Below, piece by piece: positions 45,134-55,235 of a stretch of 64,000 nucleotides of DNA. A model generated the notes under the pieces. The model did no database searches. It was not told the DNA's origin and saw nothing but the letters and a program-made list of their open reading frames with translations. Positions within the stretch are counted from its first letter, which is position 1. Every line of letters starts with the position of its first letter. The position numbers and the translations under genes are program-made. Source of the DNA: Acidobacteriota bacterium (GTDB taxonomy: Bacteria > Acidobacteriota > UBA6911 > RPQK01 > JAJDTT01); assembly GCA_965217775.1 (NCBI GenBank), contig CBDCJH010000002.1, positions 4,640,001-4,704,000 on the forward strand, written 5' to 3'.

Positions 45134-48100
45134 TCATTGAATCGTGTTGCTCGAATACCTCCCGAGTTCGCCGTCGATTCGGATCTCGGCGGCCAGCCGG
45201 TACTCTCCTGCCGACGACGGCGCGTAGGCACAAAGCTGTCCGGTGGTCCGGGTTCCTTCCACGTCCGACCATTCGCCGTCCGAGGACGCACGGGTCTGCC
45301 ATCCGGAATTGACGACGGCGTAGTGGATGCCGTCGATGACGGCGTCCTCCAATCCGATGCAGCCTGCCGTGGAAACGGGGCCGAACGTCACCCTGCCGGG
45401 CGACACCGAGAGCGACTCCAGCCGGATGTAGGCGCTGTCTCCCAGTCCGGTCTCGGCGGCTCCGGCGCCGATGCGCTCGAAGACCAGAATGCCTTCGTTT
45501 TCCGTGTCGACGTAGGCGTGCCTGCCGTCGGGACTGGTGGCAAGACTCCGAGTCTCGCCGAATTCCGGCACAGGATTGTTGAACCGGTCCGGCTGCCGGT
45601 TCGACACGTAGTCGGTCAACGCGAATTCGCCGGGAGGTGCGTCATCGGGTTCGACATCGCCGTTGTCGGCGTCATCGGGTCCGGGTCGCCACTCGACGTC
45701 ATATGCCAGATCCGTACAGAAAACGTCCACTGCGGGAGTCCCCCGCCGGATTCCCGCCAGCGCGCACGATCCGCTCGATCCGAAGGAGGGGAAACCCGGG
45801 ATCGGAATCGGGAAGTCGGGGAGTCGAGGCCAGGCTGGCGTCACCTCAAGAGTTCCGAGCGGACTCGGATCGGTGGGGTCCGCTTCCAAATCGAACACCG
45901 TCGCGCTCCAGCCGTTGCCGTGGAAGACGAACAGGTGCCGGTCGTCGCCGGTGATGGCCAGCGCTTCCAGGCCGAAGAGCGGATTCACACCCTTCGTTGC
46001 ATCCGTGAGCGTCCCCGTTTCGGCGTCGCGTTCGAAGACGTGCAACGAGCGGAACGTCCCCGCGTAGACGTGGCCGCCGGCATTGGAGATCAGGGCTCGT
46101 GTGAGTCCCGGGACCTCCAGGGTCTGGACATGCGGCAACTCGCCGGGGGTATCCAAGGCCAGGATCTGCAATTGGCCGGCGCCGGGAAGGACCGCGTTCA
46201 GGAACGAGCCTTCGCCGTCCATGAACAGGTCGCCGAATTCGCCGGGGCTGCACTCGGCAGTGGCCGGCGGATCCCCGGTGACCGGAATCGCCCCCTCGTC
46301 GTCCAGTTCCCGTTGGGTCTCGTCGATCGGTGCGAAACCGCGCCAGGTCCCGCAGCGATGGGCGTAGAGCCGGTCTCGATGCGGGTCCCAGATCAGAGAG
46401 CTGTCCTCCAGGCCGTCGTCTTCCAACAATTGAGTGAGGGCCAGACCCCCGGTCTTCGAGTTGCGTTCGAAGACTTGCAGGCCCAGCCTGGACGCCGCGT
46501 ATAGAGCCGTGCCGCGGCCGTTGAAGGCCAGGCTGGCGGGCCCTCGGAGCCGTACCGAGGCGCCGTTGGCGTCCCGGTCGCCGTCCGCCAGCCGTCCCGC
46601 GTACTTGAGCCAGACGGGAGGATCGGTCTCCTCCCAGTTCAGGGTGAAATCGCTGCCCGGATGGTCGCCGCGGGCTCCCAATCGAACCGTGTAGCGGCTT
46701 CCCTCCTCGCCACGGAAGACGACCTCGATGGCGTCCGCCTCGATTCCCTCGGGCTGATGGCTGCTCCTCACGAACTCGATCGATCCGGAACCGTCGCGGC
46801 TGTCCTCGTAGATGGAGAGCACCCAGGGAGAGTAGGGGTCGTCCAGCCAGAATCGATACCACCCGGCTGCGGCCGCTTCGTAGGTCCACCAGAGAGAAGA
46901 GTGCCCCAGGAGTGAGGTCCGCTCCCCCCGTTCGGTGGAGGCAAAACGATTCGAATCGGAGACCGACCCGGACGCCTCGTCCAACGCCGCAGCAGCGGCC
47001 AGATTGTCGTTGTCAGGGGTCGGTCCCCAGGTCACAAAGGCGGTCGCGGCGGGCAGAAGATAGGCCTCGAAGCTTCGCGCCGGAAATCCGACCGCGATCC
47101 AATACCTTTGGCCGGCGTTGGCCTGAAAAACGAAATCGGCCGGCGCCACGTGGGGACGTGTCTGCGCCACCAGGTCCAGGTCCTCTATCGACGTCGGACC
47201 TTGCATGGATGGGCCAGAGAATACGGTCACCCTCAAGTACGAATAAGTGACGGGTTCCTGGAGCCGCCAGGTGTAGCGGCCGTCCTCCGGGGCTTCCCAG
47301 ACCCACCACCGGGTTCGGACCCCGGTCTCGAGGGGCTCACCGGGCTCCACCGTTGCCACAGGGTCGATGCCAATGATGAATTGGGACGAGGGGACACTCT
47401 CGAGCGGCATCGCCCCGATATGCTGATCGTTGTCGAGGACGGCTGCTATCAGCAATCCCTCCCAGCTCAACTCGTAGGGACCACTGGGCGCATCGGCACT
47501 GGGAGCGGCGACCGCGATGCGGTATTCGTTGCCGGCGGCGGCGGGGAAATCAGCGGCGCCAGCGGGCAGTTGGGAGACCAGTCGAAGGGCCGGAATACCG
47601 TCTCCCTCGAATGCGAACACGCGCTTCGTGGGGTCACTCGAGAATCGCCACCAACCGTCGCCGGGCGCCGTCCACCGGTACCACGTGGTGCCCGCATCAA
47701 TGCCGAACCACTCGCCCGGTTCCAGGGTGGCGCCCTGGCTGCTGCCCCGAACGGCGCCGCTTGCGCCCTCCAGCACGGCGGCCCGGTCGAAGTCGTCGTT
47801 GACCGGGCGGTCCCCCTGGGACCAACGAAGGTCGAGGGCGATTCCCCGGAGCATGTGGCTCACCCGGATCCGGTAGATTTCTCCCTCCTCGGCGAAGAAG
47901 ATGGCTCCCCACTGATCCGAGGCGACTCCCTCCAACGCCGCGATGGCGTCACCGCGGAAGACGTCGACGCGATCGTTGCGCGCGCCTCCGAGCTCCCCCG
48001 GCGGGTGGAGGTTGAAACGGACCGCACCGTCCGCGGGCGCCGTCCACCGATACCAGACCGAGCCGGCCGGCCGGCCCGAACGGGGACCGAACAGCGGTTC

Positions 48101-50974
48101 TCCCGGCTCGGGTGTGGCCAGCAGCAGGTCCACCGAATGAAAGCCCTGATCACCGTCGATGACGGCCGCCGCAGCGAAGTCGTCGTTGGCGGGGCGTTGG
48201 GCCACTCCGGAGCCCCCGCTTCCGCCGGGTGCAACTTCCACCGAGGCGGACGCTCCCTTGGCGTTCCAGGCGCTCGCCGTAAAGTAGAGGCGGACCGGAT
48301 CTCCGTCCCCGACGGAAGAGACGACGAACCGGACTTCCTGGGTCTCCCCGGCGGCGATCTCGCCGAGCGGGATCGACGAACCCAGCGGGATAGGAGAACC
48401 CTCGGAGATCGGCGAAACCGGAGGATCCGAAGGCGCCGGTGGTTCCGATCCCGGGGGACGGACGGGGGTTCCAAGTTCATCCGACAGGTCGACCGAAATC
48501 CCGTCTTCGCGAGAAACGGCCATGGAGTGGATCCGGATCTGCTCGCAACCGGAAGCCTCGGCGGTGTCCCGGCAGTCGAGGTGCAACCGGCTGCCGGCCG
48601 CCACATACTCGTCCGCGGTCACCGTCACAAGCAGTTCCTGTTCCTCCTGGCCCATAAGCAGGTTTTGGTCGGTGCCGATCATCAGATTCGGCGTGGACGC
48701 GCCCCGGATCACCGTCCATGCCAGCGCGGCCCTGGGCGGCGCCGTGTAGACCCGGCGGGCCACCACCTTCGCCCGATACGTGCCCGGTCGGGGATTCTTC
48801 AGGATGATCCACTCCACGTTGTCCACTCGGGACGTCGAGAAATGCTCCCCGCAAGCTCCTTCCCCGCAGTCGCCGTCACGGTCCAACCACAGGTCCAGGT
48901 CGTTCAGCACCGTGCTGGCGATGGTGTCCGCCGGCGGTTCGTCCCAGGTCATCACCAGGTCGAGACGGCTGGCTCCCGCCGGCACATCGATGTCGTGGTG
49001 GGCGTACTCCCCGTCCCGGAGTTCCGAAACCGCGCCGCCACCGATCCAGCCGCCGGCCCCGTCCCGGTTGAGGATGCCGGTGCGAGCCGAGACCTTGCCC
49101 AGACCGTATTGCGCCTGCATCGACCCGGGGCCTCCGGTGTTGGTGGAGGGGAAGGCGTCCGGGGCGTCCAGCCAGGGGTCCGGGCGGATGGCTCCGGCCA
49201 GCAGTCTGGCCCGGGCCAACGCCGGGTGTTCCTGGTGTTCCGGGGCGGCGTCCATCAACAGGGCGGCCACCCCCGCCACCGTGGGGGAGGACATGCTGGT
49301 GCCGCTGATCGCCCGATATTCGCCACGGCTCCCGCCGCCGACGGCCGAGTGGACGCGGACACCGGTGGCGACGACCTGAGGCGCCAGGCGTCCGTCCGCC
49401 GTGGGTCCGTGGCTGCTGAACAGTGCGAGGGCTCCGCTGTCCAGGGCGGCACCTACGGAGAGGGAGTTCTTGGCGGCTCCGAAATCGGAGAAGCCATCGA
49501 TGTTCTCGTTGGACTGCGCGACGACGTACAGTTGGCGATGCCCCCAGACGATGGAATCCAGCTTGCGTTCGGCGAATCCCCTGCCGTCGAACGTCCTGGA
49601 GGAAGAGCTCAGACTCATGTTGACGATCAGGGGCCTGACGGGATCGGAGAATCGGCCCGGTTCGGCACACTCCGTCGCCTCGGCCAGGAAGTCCATCCCG
49701 CGAAGAATCGAGTCGACCGAACCGAAGCCAAAGCTGTTGAGCACTCGCCCGAAACGGATGTGCTTCACCGAAGGCGCCATGCCGGCGAAACGGCGCTGGA
49801 CAGACCCGTTTCCGATCATGGTCCCGGTCACGTGGGTTCCGTGGCCTCCTTCGTCGATCCAGAGATCCTCCGCCTCATTCGCGGGAGAGGAAAAGAAGGA
49901 AAACCAAGCGAGGTTGGCGCCGCAGATGCTCTCCCGGTTCGACCCGATGTCCAAGTGGTTGACGTTGAGCCCGGTGTCCATGACCCCGATGGGGACGGAA
50001 GCGCCGCCCATGCCGGAGAAGATCCCGGGGGAACCGTCGTACGCTCGCAGGGCGTCCGCCCCCATGGCGGGAACGGAGGTGTCGTGCGCCGGCCGGACGA
50101 CGCCGACCGGTTCCACGGCCAATACGTAATCGGCCGCGGCGATGGCTTCCACTTGACCGTGGGAAACGTTGGCCGTGTAGGCCCGCAGATCCGGATCCCA
50201 CCGGCCCACTACGGCGCCCTGGTCCTCCAACGCCCGCCGCCACCGGCCGTCGGGATCGTCCGTCATCAGGGTGATGAAGACGGGCGCCTGATCTTGAGGG
50301 GGCGCTTCCATCAGCTCGCGGGCGAACGCCTCCGGAAGTTTCCGCTCCGGGGGGACGGCACCCAGCCCGTCGACTTCCGGCAGGGCTACGATCTCGTGCA
50401 ACAGGGCCGGGTCACCGGGCAGTCGGGCGCGGACGAGGTTGCCCGAGGAACCGAGAGCCGTTGCGCCGAACTCGGCGAGAGACCCCGTCACGTCGCTCGG
50501 CATGGCGTCGCCGGCCAGCCGGACCCAGCCGAAGGACCAGTCGCGTGCGGCGGCGGTCGCCTGGTCGACGAGTGCCTCGATGGACAGGCTTGCGTCCATC
50601 CAGTCCGGACCGGCACTCGGCCGCTCGTCGCCGGCATCGGCGTCGCCTGCGATTCGCGCGCGGGGCATCTCCCCGTGGTAGGAGATGAAGGAATAACCGT
50701 CGGGCGGCGAGGGAACCGTGTCCTCCGCGGATTTATCGACGGCGGGCGGTGTTTCAGCCGTTCGGGGCGCCGCCTGAATCTCAAGTTCCGGGACAGTTCC
50801 CCCACTTTCGGCTTCGATCCGGGCCATGGCGGCACGGGTCGCCATCGCCTCTCCCGTCAGCTCCGGCTCCGGCTCTTCGCCAGGCGTCATGTAGTAGGCG
50901 ATCAGCCCCGCCAGGCCAGCGGCCACGGCCAACGACATCAGGACAAGGATGGTTCGCTTATTTGCTGTCCGCAT
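45134..50974 (-). CDS. Large multidomain S8 (subtilisin-like) serine peptidase
   Basis: VMDTG, GHGTH and GTSMS triad; repeated (N)DDF/ND..A Ig-like modules; C-terminal beta-propeller-like region. Confidence 0.92.
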   Translation of the reverse strand: MRTANKRTILVLMSLAVAAGLAGLIAYYMTPGEEPEPELTGEAMATRAAMARIEAESGGTVPELEIQAAPRTAETPPAVDKSAEDTVPSPPDGYSFISYHGEMPRARIAGDADAGDERPSAGPDWMDASLSIEALVDQATAAARDWSFGWVRLAGDAMPSDVTGSLAEFGATALGSSGNLVRARLPGDPALLHEIVALPEVDGLGAVPPERKLPEAFARELMEAPPQDQAPVFITLMTDDPDGRWRRALEDQGAVVGRWDPDLRAYTANVSHGQVEAIAAADYVLAVEPVGVVRPAHDTSVPAMGADALRAYDGSPGIFSGMGGASVPIGVMDTGLNVNHLDIGSNRESICGANLAWFSFFSSPANEAEDLWIDEGGHGTHVTGTMIGNGSVQRRFAGMAPSVKHIRFGRVLNSFGFGSVDSILRGMDFLAEATECAEPGRFSDPVRPLIVNMSLSSSSRTFDGRGFAERKLDSIVWGHRQLYVVAQSNENIDGFSDFGAAKNSLSVGAALDSGALALFSSHGPTADGRLAPQVVATGVRVHSAVGGGSRGEYRAISGTSMSSPTVAGVAALLMDAAPEHQEHPALARARLLAGAIRPDPWLDAPDAFPSTNTGGPGSMQAQYGLGKVSARTGILNRDGAGGWIGGGAVSELRDGEYAHHDIDVPAGASRLDLVMTWDEPPADTIASTVLNDLDLWLDRDGDCGEGACGEHFSTSRVDNVEWIILKNPRPGTYRAKVVARRVYTAPPRAALAWTVIRGASTPNLMIGTDQNLLMGQEEQELLVTVTADEYVAAGSRLHLDCRDTAEASGCEQIRIHSMAVSREDGISVDLSDELGTPVRPPGSEPPAPSDPPVSPISEGSPIPLGSSIPLGEIAAGETQEVRFVVSSVGDGDPVRLYFTASAWNAKGASASVEVAPGGSGGSGVAQRPANDDFAAAAVIDGDQGFHSVDLLLATPEPGEPLFGPRSGRPAGSVWYRWTAPADGAVRFNLHPPGELGGARNDRVDVFRGDAIAALEGVASDQWGAIFFAEEGEIYRIRVSHMLRGIALDLRWSQGDRPVNDDFDRAAVLEGASGAVRGSSQGATLEPGEWFGIDAGTTWYRWTAPGDGWWRFSSDPTKRVFAFEGDGIPALRLVSQLPAGAADFPAAAGNEYRIAVAAPSADAPSGPYELSWEGLLIAAVLDNDQHIGAMPLESVPSSQFIIGIDPVATVEPGEPLETGVRTRWWVWEAPEDGRYTWRLQEPVTYSYLRVTVFSGPSMQGPTSIEDLDLVAQTRPHVAPADFVFQANAGQRYWIAVGFPARSFEAYLLPAATAFVTWGPTPDNDNLAAAAALDEASGSVSDSNRFASTERGERTSLLGHSSLWWTYEAAAAGWYRFWLDDPYSPWVLSIYEDSRDGSGSIEFVRSSHQPEGIEADAIEVVFRGEEGSRYTVRLGARGDHPGSDFTLNWEETDPPVWLKYAGRLADGDRDANGASVRLRGPASLAFNGRGTALYAASRLGLQVFERNSKTGGLALTQLLEDDGLEDSSLIWDPHRDRLYAHRCGTWRGFAPIDETQRELDDEGAIPVTGDPPATAECSPGEFGDLFMDGEGSFLNAVLPGAGQLQILALDTPGELPHVQTLEVPGLTRALISNAGGHVYAGTFRSLHVFERDAETGTLTDATKGVNPLFGLEALAITGDDRHLFVFHGNGWSATVFDLEADPTDPSPLGTLEVTPAWPRLPDFPIPIPGFPSFGSSGSCALAGIRRGTPAVDVFCTDLAYDVEWRPGPDDADNGDVEPDDAPPGEFALTDYVSNRQPDRFNNPVPEFGETRSLATSPDGRHAYVDTENEGILVFERIGAGAAETGLGDSAYIRLESLSVSPGRVTFGPVSTAGCIGLEDAVIDGIHYAVVNSGWQTRASSDGEWSDVEGTRTTGQLCAYAPSSAGEYRLAAEIRIDGELGRYSSNTIQ

Positions 50975-51016
50975 AATCCACCTGCTTCTCCGACCCGGAT
51001 TTCTCACCCGGGGCCT

Positions 51017-52438
51017 TCAATTCGACGAAATGGAGACCTTGGAAATCGTCCAGTCCCCGTCCTCATCCCGGCTTGCGATGAGGGTGACCTGATACTCATT
51101 GAGAGTCGCGTCTTCGATGTTGTGGCTCTGAGCGTGACAGAGAATGACCTGTTCCATCCGCAGACAGGCCGTGCCGCTGGCGGCCACGGCAAAGGTGCCG
51201 ACGGTGTTGCCTCCGGCATCCTTCAGGTCGCATTGGCCGCCCGGTGGAATGACGCTCCCGGCGGCGCAGGCCTGGGCAGAGGGTTCGGTGACGGTGAGCG
51301 TCGCCGTGGCCGTCGCCGTTTGTCCGTCCCCGTCTTGAACCGTGATGCGATAGGTCGTGGTGGCTGTGGGCGACACGGTCCGCGATCCGGACGTCGGGAC
51401 GGCGCCGATATCAGGGATGATCTCCGCGCTCTCGGCGTTTGTCGACGTCCAACTCAAGGTCGCTTCCCGGCCCCGTTCGATGGAGGTGGGAGAAACCGAG
51501 ATCCTCGCCGCCGGCCGTGTCGTGGGCTCACCATCGGGGAAGTGAATCGGGGTCGTGATGGGGACGCTGGTGACCGGGATCGAGCTGAAGAGATGCCCCG
51601 ATTGCAGGAGCACGATCGGATGGACGTCGAAAATCTCCTCCGGCTCATCGTCCTCATTCACCCGGCGAAGATGGAGGGTGCCATAGAATTGCGGACCGAC
51701 CTCGGGGAAGAACTCGTCAACGTACAGCGCCTGATGCCCGCCCGGTCCGAGTGTCAGTGGCTTGCTGGAGTTGTGTTCTCCCTCGGAATCGAGAAGATAG
51801 GCCCTCAGGCGAGCCGCACCGCCCGAACTGTTCGCCAACGCCAGCGCCGTTCTGGTGCGGGCCGCGGTGTCCCGGACCACCGGTAGAGAAAACGCGGGCG
51901 TTCCCAGACTAGCCCCGACACCGACGATGGCGCTGATTCGCCGGTTATCGGGATCGAAGAGACTGTAGGCGGCGACTCCTCCGATCCGCTTGCCGGAGGG
52001 AGCCGACGCGCTCGCCCAACCCACCGAGAGGTTTCCGGAACCGCCGGTCTCCAGAAAGACCGATTGAGAGGCGGGTATGGTGACCGAAATCGAGTCGCCC
52101 GACCCAGCCAATTCGTCCGTTCCCAATCGGTAGAGGTCGACGACCATGCCCAACCCGTCGGAACGCCGGAACCGGAGGGTCGCCACGAGTTCGTCCTCTT
52201 CGGCATTGGTGAGAAATATGGCGGTGGTGATTCCGATGCCTTCGTCGACCCCGTCCGCCACTTGCGGGAATACGACTTCGTTGCCCGCACCGGTGACGAA
52301 CTGCACTTGTCCTGCCAGCTCGGTGAGCGCGCCGATCTTCTGTTGATGCGGTGCGGACGGCTCACCTTCGGCCAAGGTGAGCGCAACCCCCAGGGACAAG
52401 ACCCACGGCATGGCTGCCGGGACCGATCTTCGTGTCAT
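51017..52438 (-). CDS. Exported protein with PKD/Ig-like domain
   Basis: RBS GGAGG, signal peptide, ATLSWTSTNA..VSPTATTTYRIT. Confidence 0.8.
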   Translation of the reverse strand: MTRRSVPAAMPWVLSLGVALTLAEGEPSAPHQQKIGALTELAGQVQFVTGAGNEVVFPQVADGVDEGIGITTAIFLTNAEEDELVATLRFRRSDGLGMVVDLYRLGTDELAGSGDSISVTIPASQSVFLETGGSGNLSVGWASASAPSGKRIGGVAAYSLFDPDNRRISAIVGVGASLGTPAFSLPVVRDTAARTRTALALANSSGGAARLRAYLLDSEGEHNSSKPLTLGPGGHQALYVDEFFPEVGPQFYGTLHLRRVNEDDEPEEIFDVHPIVLLQSGHLFSSIPVTSVPITTPIHFPDGEPTTRPAARISVSPTSIERGREATLSWTSTNAESAEIIPDIGAVPTSGSRTVSPTATTTYRITVQDGDGQTATATATLTVTEPSAQACAAGSVIPPGGQCDLKDAGGNTVGTFAVAASGTACLRMEQVILCHAQSHNIEDATLNEYQVTLIASRDEDGDWTISKVSISSN

Positions 52439-52691
52439 GTTTTTTCCTCCACCGGCGTTAGGTGCTTTATATGGTAGCAACTAAGGCGTGGTTGGTGAGG
52501 ACCAGGGGGTGGATTAGAGGGTGGCCCAGGGGCGATGTCCGGACGCCCCGCCTGTCGCCTGCCACGAGGGTTTGTCAATCGTATCGCCAGGCGACTTTTG
52601 CCACGAGGGGCGGACTGCTAAGCTGGAATATGTTGCGCGTCGTTGAAACGGAGGTGTCCGTCACGGGACGCCCGTGCGGGAGACGATACGG

Positions 52692-53144
52692 ATGAACGCC
52701 TCGTTCGACACTCTCGCGGCCGCCCGCGAGCTGGAATCCGGTGGCTTCGACGACAAGCAAGCTGCAGTCTTGCTGAAGGTCATGCGCATGAGTGGAGAGT
52801 CCACCGTCACGAAATCCGATCTCGCCCTCGTGAAATCGGATCTCTCCCGCATGGATGAGTCGTTGCGGCGAGAGATCGTCGCAACCAGAGTTGAACTCCG
52901 GTCCTCGATTGCCGAGTTGCGCACGGAAATTGCATCCACTGCGGGCGAGGTGCGTGCAGAAATTGCATCTATTACGGTCGAGTTGCGTGCAGAAATTGCA
53001 TCTACTACGGTCGAGTTGCGCGGAGAAATCGCCACGGCCAAGGCGGAGCTCCGAGCGGACATGAATGCCATGGCCAACAAGATGCTCCTCTCTCAGTTGG
53101 CCGTTGCCGGACTCCTCTTTGCCGCGATCAAGACCTTCACGTGA
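52692..53144 (+). CDS. DUF1640/CCDC90-like coiled-coil protein
   Basis: FDTLAAARELESGGF, VTKSDL, ELRAEIA 11-mer repeats, C-terminal TM. Confidence 0.85.
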   Translation: MNASFDTLAAARELESGGFDDKQAAVLLKVMRMSGESTVTKSDLALVKSDLSRMDESLRREIVATRVELRSSIAELRTEIASTAGEVRAEIASITVELRAEIASTTVELRGEIATAKAELRADMNAMANKMLLSQLAVAGLLFAAIKTFT

Positions 53145-53167
53145 AGCCGACCCTTTCCTGTCGCCGA

Positions 53168-53318
53168 GGGAGCGGCGGTTTCCAGCCGCCGAAGGAGCGG
53201 CGGTTTCTAGCCGCCGATCAGGGGGGCAGGGGGGACGGAGTCCCCACTGTACACTTTCCCCCTCAATACTTTCCGGTCACCGAATCGCGTAGCAAGATAG
53301 AAGAGCAGGCGACAAGAA
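53168..53318. repeat. Composite REP cluster, left of intron copy 2 (continues at 55236-55295)
   Basis: GGAGCGGCGGTTTC(C/T)AGCCGCCGA twice, GGGGACGGAGTCCCC, and a half-hairpin GGCGACAAGAA. Confidence 0.85.
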
Positions 53319-55235
53319 GTCACGGTAGGAACGGCAGTTTCCTGCCGCCCCCCGCACAGATCCGGACGTGCCCGTTAAGGCATCCGGCTCCTACCTTGGG
53401 TGTGGACGGCCAGCGGAACCGCTGCCCCGGCCACGGGTGACGGATCTTCACGGATGGCCAGAGCAATTCCGTCATCCGTCGCAACCGTCCCCAGCTGAAG
53501 CGGTCGCGTTGGGACCGGCGGCGCAAGGCTCGCAGCCACCGCCGTTGCAGCAGATAGCAGAAACCTCGCAGCCAGCGCGTACTCCCCGGAACCGCAAAAT
53601 AGTTCAGCCAGCCGTTCAGGACCCGGCTCAACCATTTCCCGACCTCCCAGTGATCCGCGTGCCGTTGTCTCCACAGCCTCTCCCCCAACCGTTGCAGGGT
53701 CCGGTTCATCCGTTTCGCGCTTGGCTTCCGCCCCAGCCGGAAGCGTCCCTTCCGGGTCTTCGCACAGTAGTGCGTGAACCCCAGAAAGTCGAACGTCTCC
53801 GGTTTCCGCTCCCCGCGTCGTCGCCGATCCGCTGCCGCAAATCGTCCGAACTCCACCAGTCGCGTCTTTTCCGGGTGCAGTTCCAGCCCGAACTCGGCGC
53901 ACCGTTCCCCCAGGTCTCGGAGAAACCGTTTCGCGTCCGCCCGTCTCTGGAATCCGGCCACGAAGTCGTCCGCATATCGCACCAGGATCGCTTCGCCTTT
54001 CGGGACTCGTGGGCGCCACGTCCGATGGAACCATTGGTCCAGCACGTAGTGCAGGTACACGTTGGCCATGACCGGCGAGACGTTGGCGCCCTGAGGCGTC
54101 CCTCTCCCCGTGTCCGACCAGGTCCCTTCTTCCATCACGCCGGCGTTCAGCCACTTGCGCAGCAGCCGCAGCACCCGCCGGTCTCCGATCCGCCGTTCCA
54201 CGAACTGCATCAGGCAGTCCCGGTCGATCGCATCAAAGAACGTCCGAATGTCCGCGTCCACGATCCAGTTGACTTTCCGCCGTTCGATCCCGTAGGCCAG
54301 TGCATCCAGCGCGTCATGCGCCTTCCGTCCGGGCCGGAACCCGTAGCTGAGCCCGAGAAACTCCGCCTCGTAAATCGGCGTCAGGAGCTCGTCCACGACT
54401 GCCTTCTGGAGGATCTTGTCCTCCAGCGCGGCCACGCCGAGCGGTCGTGTCCTTCCATCCGGCTTGGGGATGTTCACCCGCCGGACGGGAGGCGCTCGGT
54501 ACGCGCCCCGGTGCACGCGGCGATGCAGGTCCAGCAGTCGCTCTTCCAGCTTCGCCCCGTACTCCTCCCACCGGACCCCGTCGATTCCCGGCGCAGCATC
54601 CTTCCTCAGTCCGAGGTAGGCGCGGCGCAGGGCCTCCACAGTGATATGGTGCAGCAGCGCGGTCAGTCGCTCCTTGGGGTTTCTCGCGATCGCTCGCCGT
54701 ATCCGGTCCACCGCTTGGGACACGCTCCCCCGACTCTGCGTCCGGCGCGTGCTTTGGCTCACCGAATTCCCCTTGGTTCCATCCCTTCGCTCCACCGGCT
54801 CCGCCGAGGGTCGCCCCTCTTTGTTCGCCCGCTTCATCGCTACTATGGATGAATCCGATTGCTTCGTTCCGTCCATCATGAGTTTCGGGTTACTCCTTTC
54901 TCATGCGACCCCGGGGCGACCCCCCGGCGTGAAATGAAGCCCTCCCAGGTCCCGGAACAAGATTTGCGTACGTGCCTGGGTTCTTTGACACCGCGGAGCC
55001 CGGCCGTCCCTCACCTGGGCGGTCCAGCCGGTGTTGCCTTCGACCGCGACTACAGTCTCGGCACTTCCGATCATGGAGCTTTCGATGCTCAATAGCCTGC
55101 CCATACGCACCGCTACCGACGCTTCGCCGACACCCTCACGGGTGCCAACGCACGGCTCGCGGAGAAACGTGGATGGTTAGTCCTTCGTTTCGGCGGACTT
55201 CCACCGCCTATCTTGTGCCAGTTAGCCTGGCGCAC
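53319..55235 (-). mobile_element. Group II intron, copy 2
   Basis: Apparently identical to 35990-37906 (offset 17329; all ORF translations identical). Confidence 0.95.
53320..54879 (-). CDS. ltrA: Group II intron reverse transcriptase/maturase
   Basis: Identical 519-aa protein to copy 1. Confidence 0.95.
   Translation of the reverse strand: MMDGTKQSDSSIVAMKRANKEGRPSAEPVERRDGTKGNSVSQSTRRTQSRGSVSQAVDRIRRAIARNPKERLTALLHHITVEALRRAYLGLRKDAAPGIDGVRWEEYGAKLEERLLDLHRRVHRGAYRAPPVRRVNIPKPDGRTRPLGVAALEDKILQKAVVDELLTPIYEAEFLGLSYGFRPGRKAHDALDALAYGIERRKVNWIVDADIRTFFDAIDRDCLMQFVERRIGDRRVLRLLRKWLNAGVMEEGTWSDTGRGTPQGANVSPVMANVYLHYVLDQWFHRTWRPRVPKGEAILVRYADDFVAGFQRRADAKRFLRDLGERCAEFGLELHPEKTRLVEFGRFAAADRRRRGERKPETFDFLGFTHYCAKTRKGRFRLGRKPSAKRMNRTLQRLGERLWRQRHADHWEVGKWLSRVLNGWLNYFAVPGSTRWLRGFCYLLQRRWLRALRRRSQRDRFSWGRLRRMTELLWPSVKIRHPWPGQRFRWPSTPKVGAGCLNGHVRICAGGGRKLPFLP

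Noticed and set aside
47108-51886. 1592-aa plus-strand ORF (likewise 2080-3948, 27321-30092, 39700-41571, 57964-60747, 59091-61103)
   Set aside because: Antisense or alternate-frame shadows of well-supported genes in high-GC DNA
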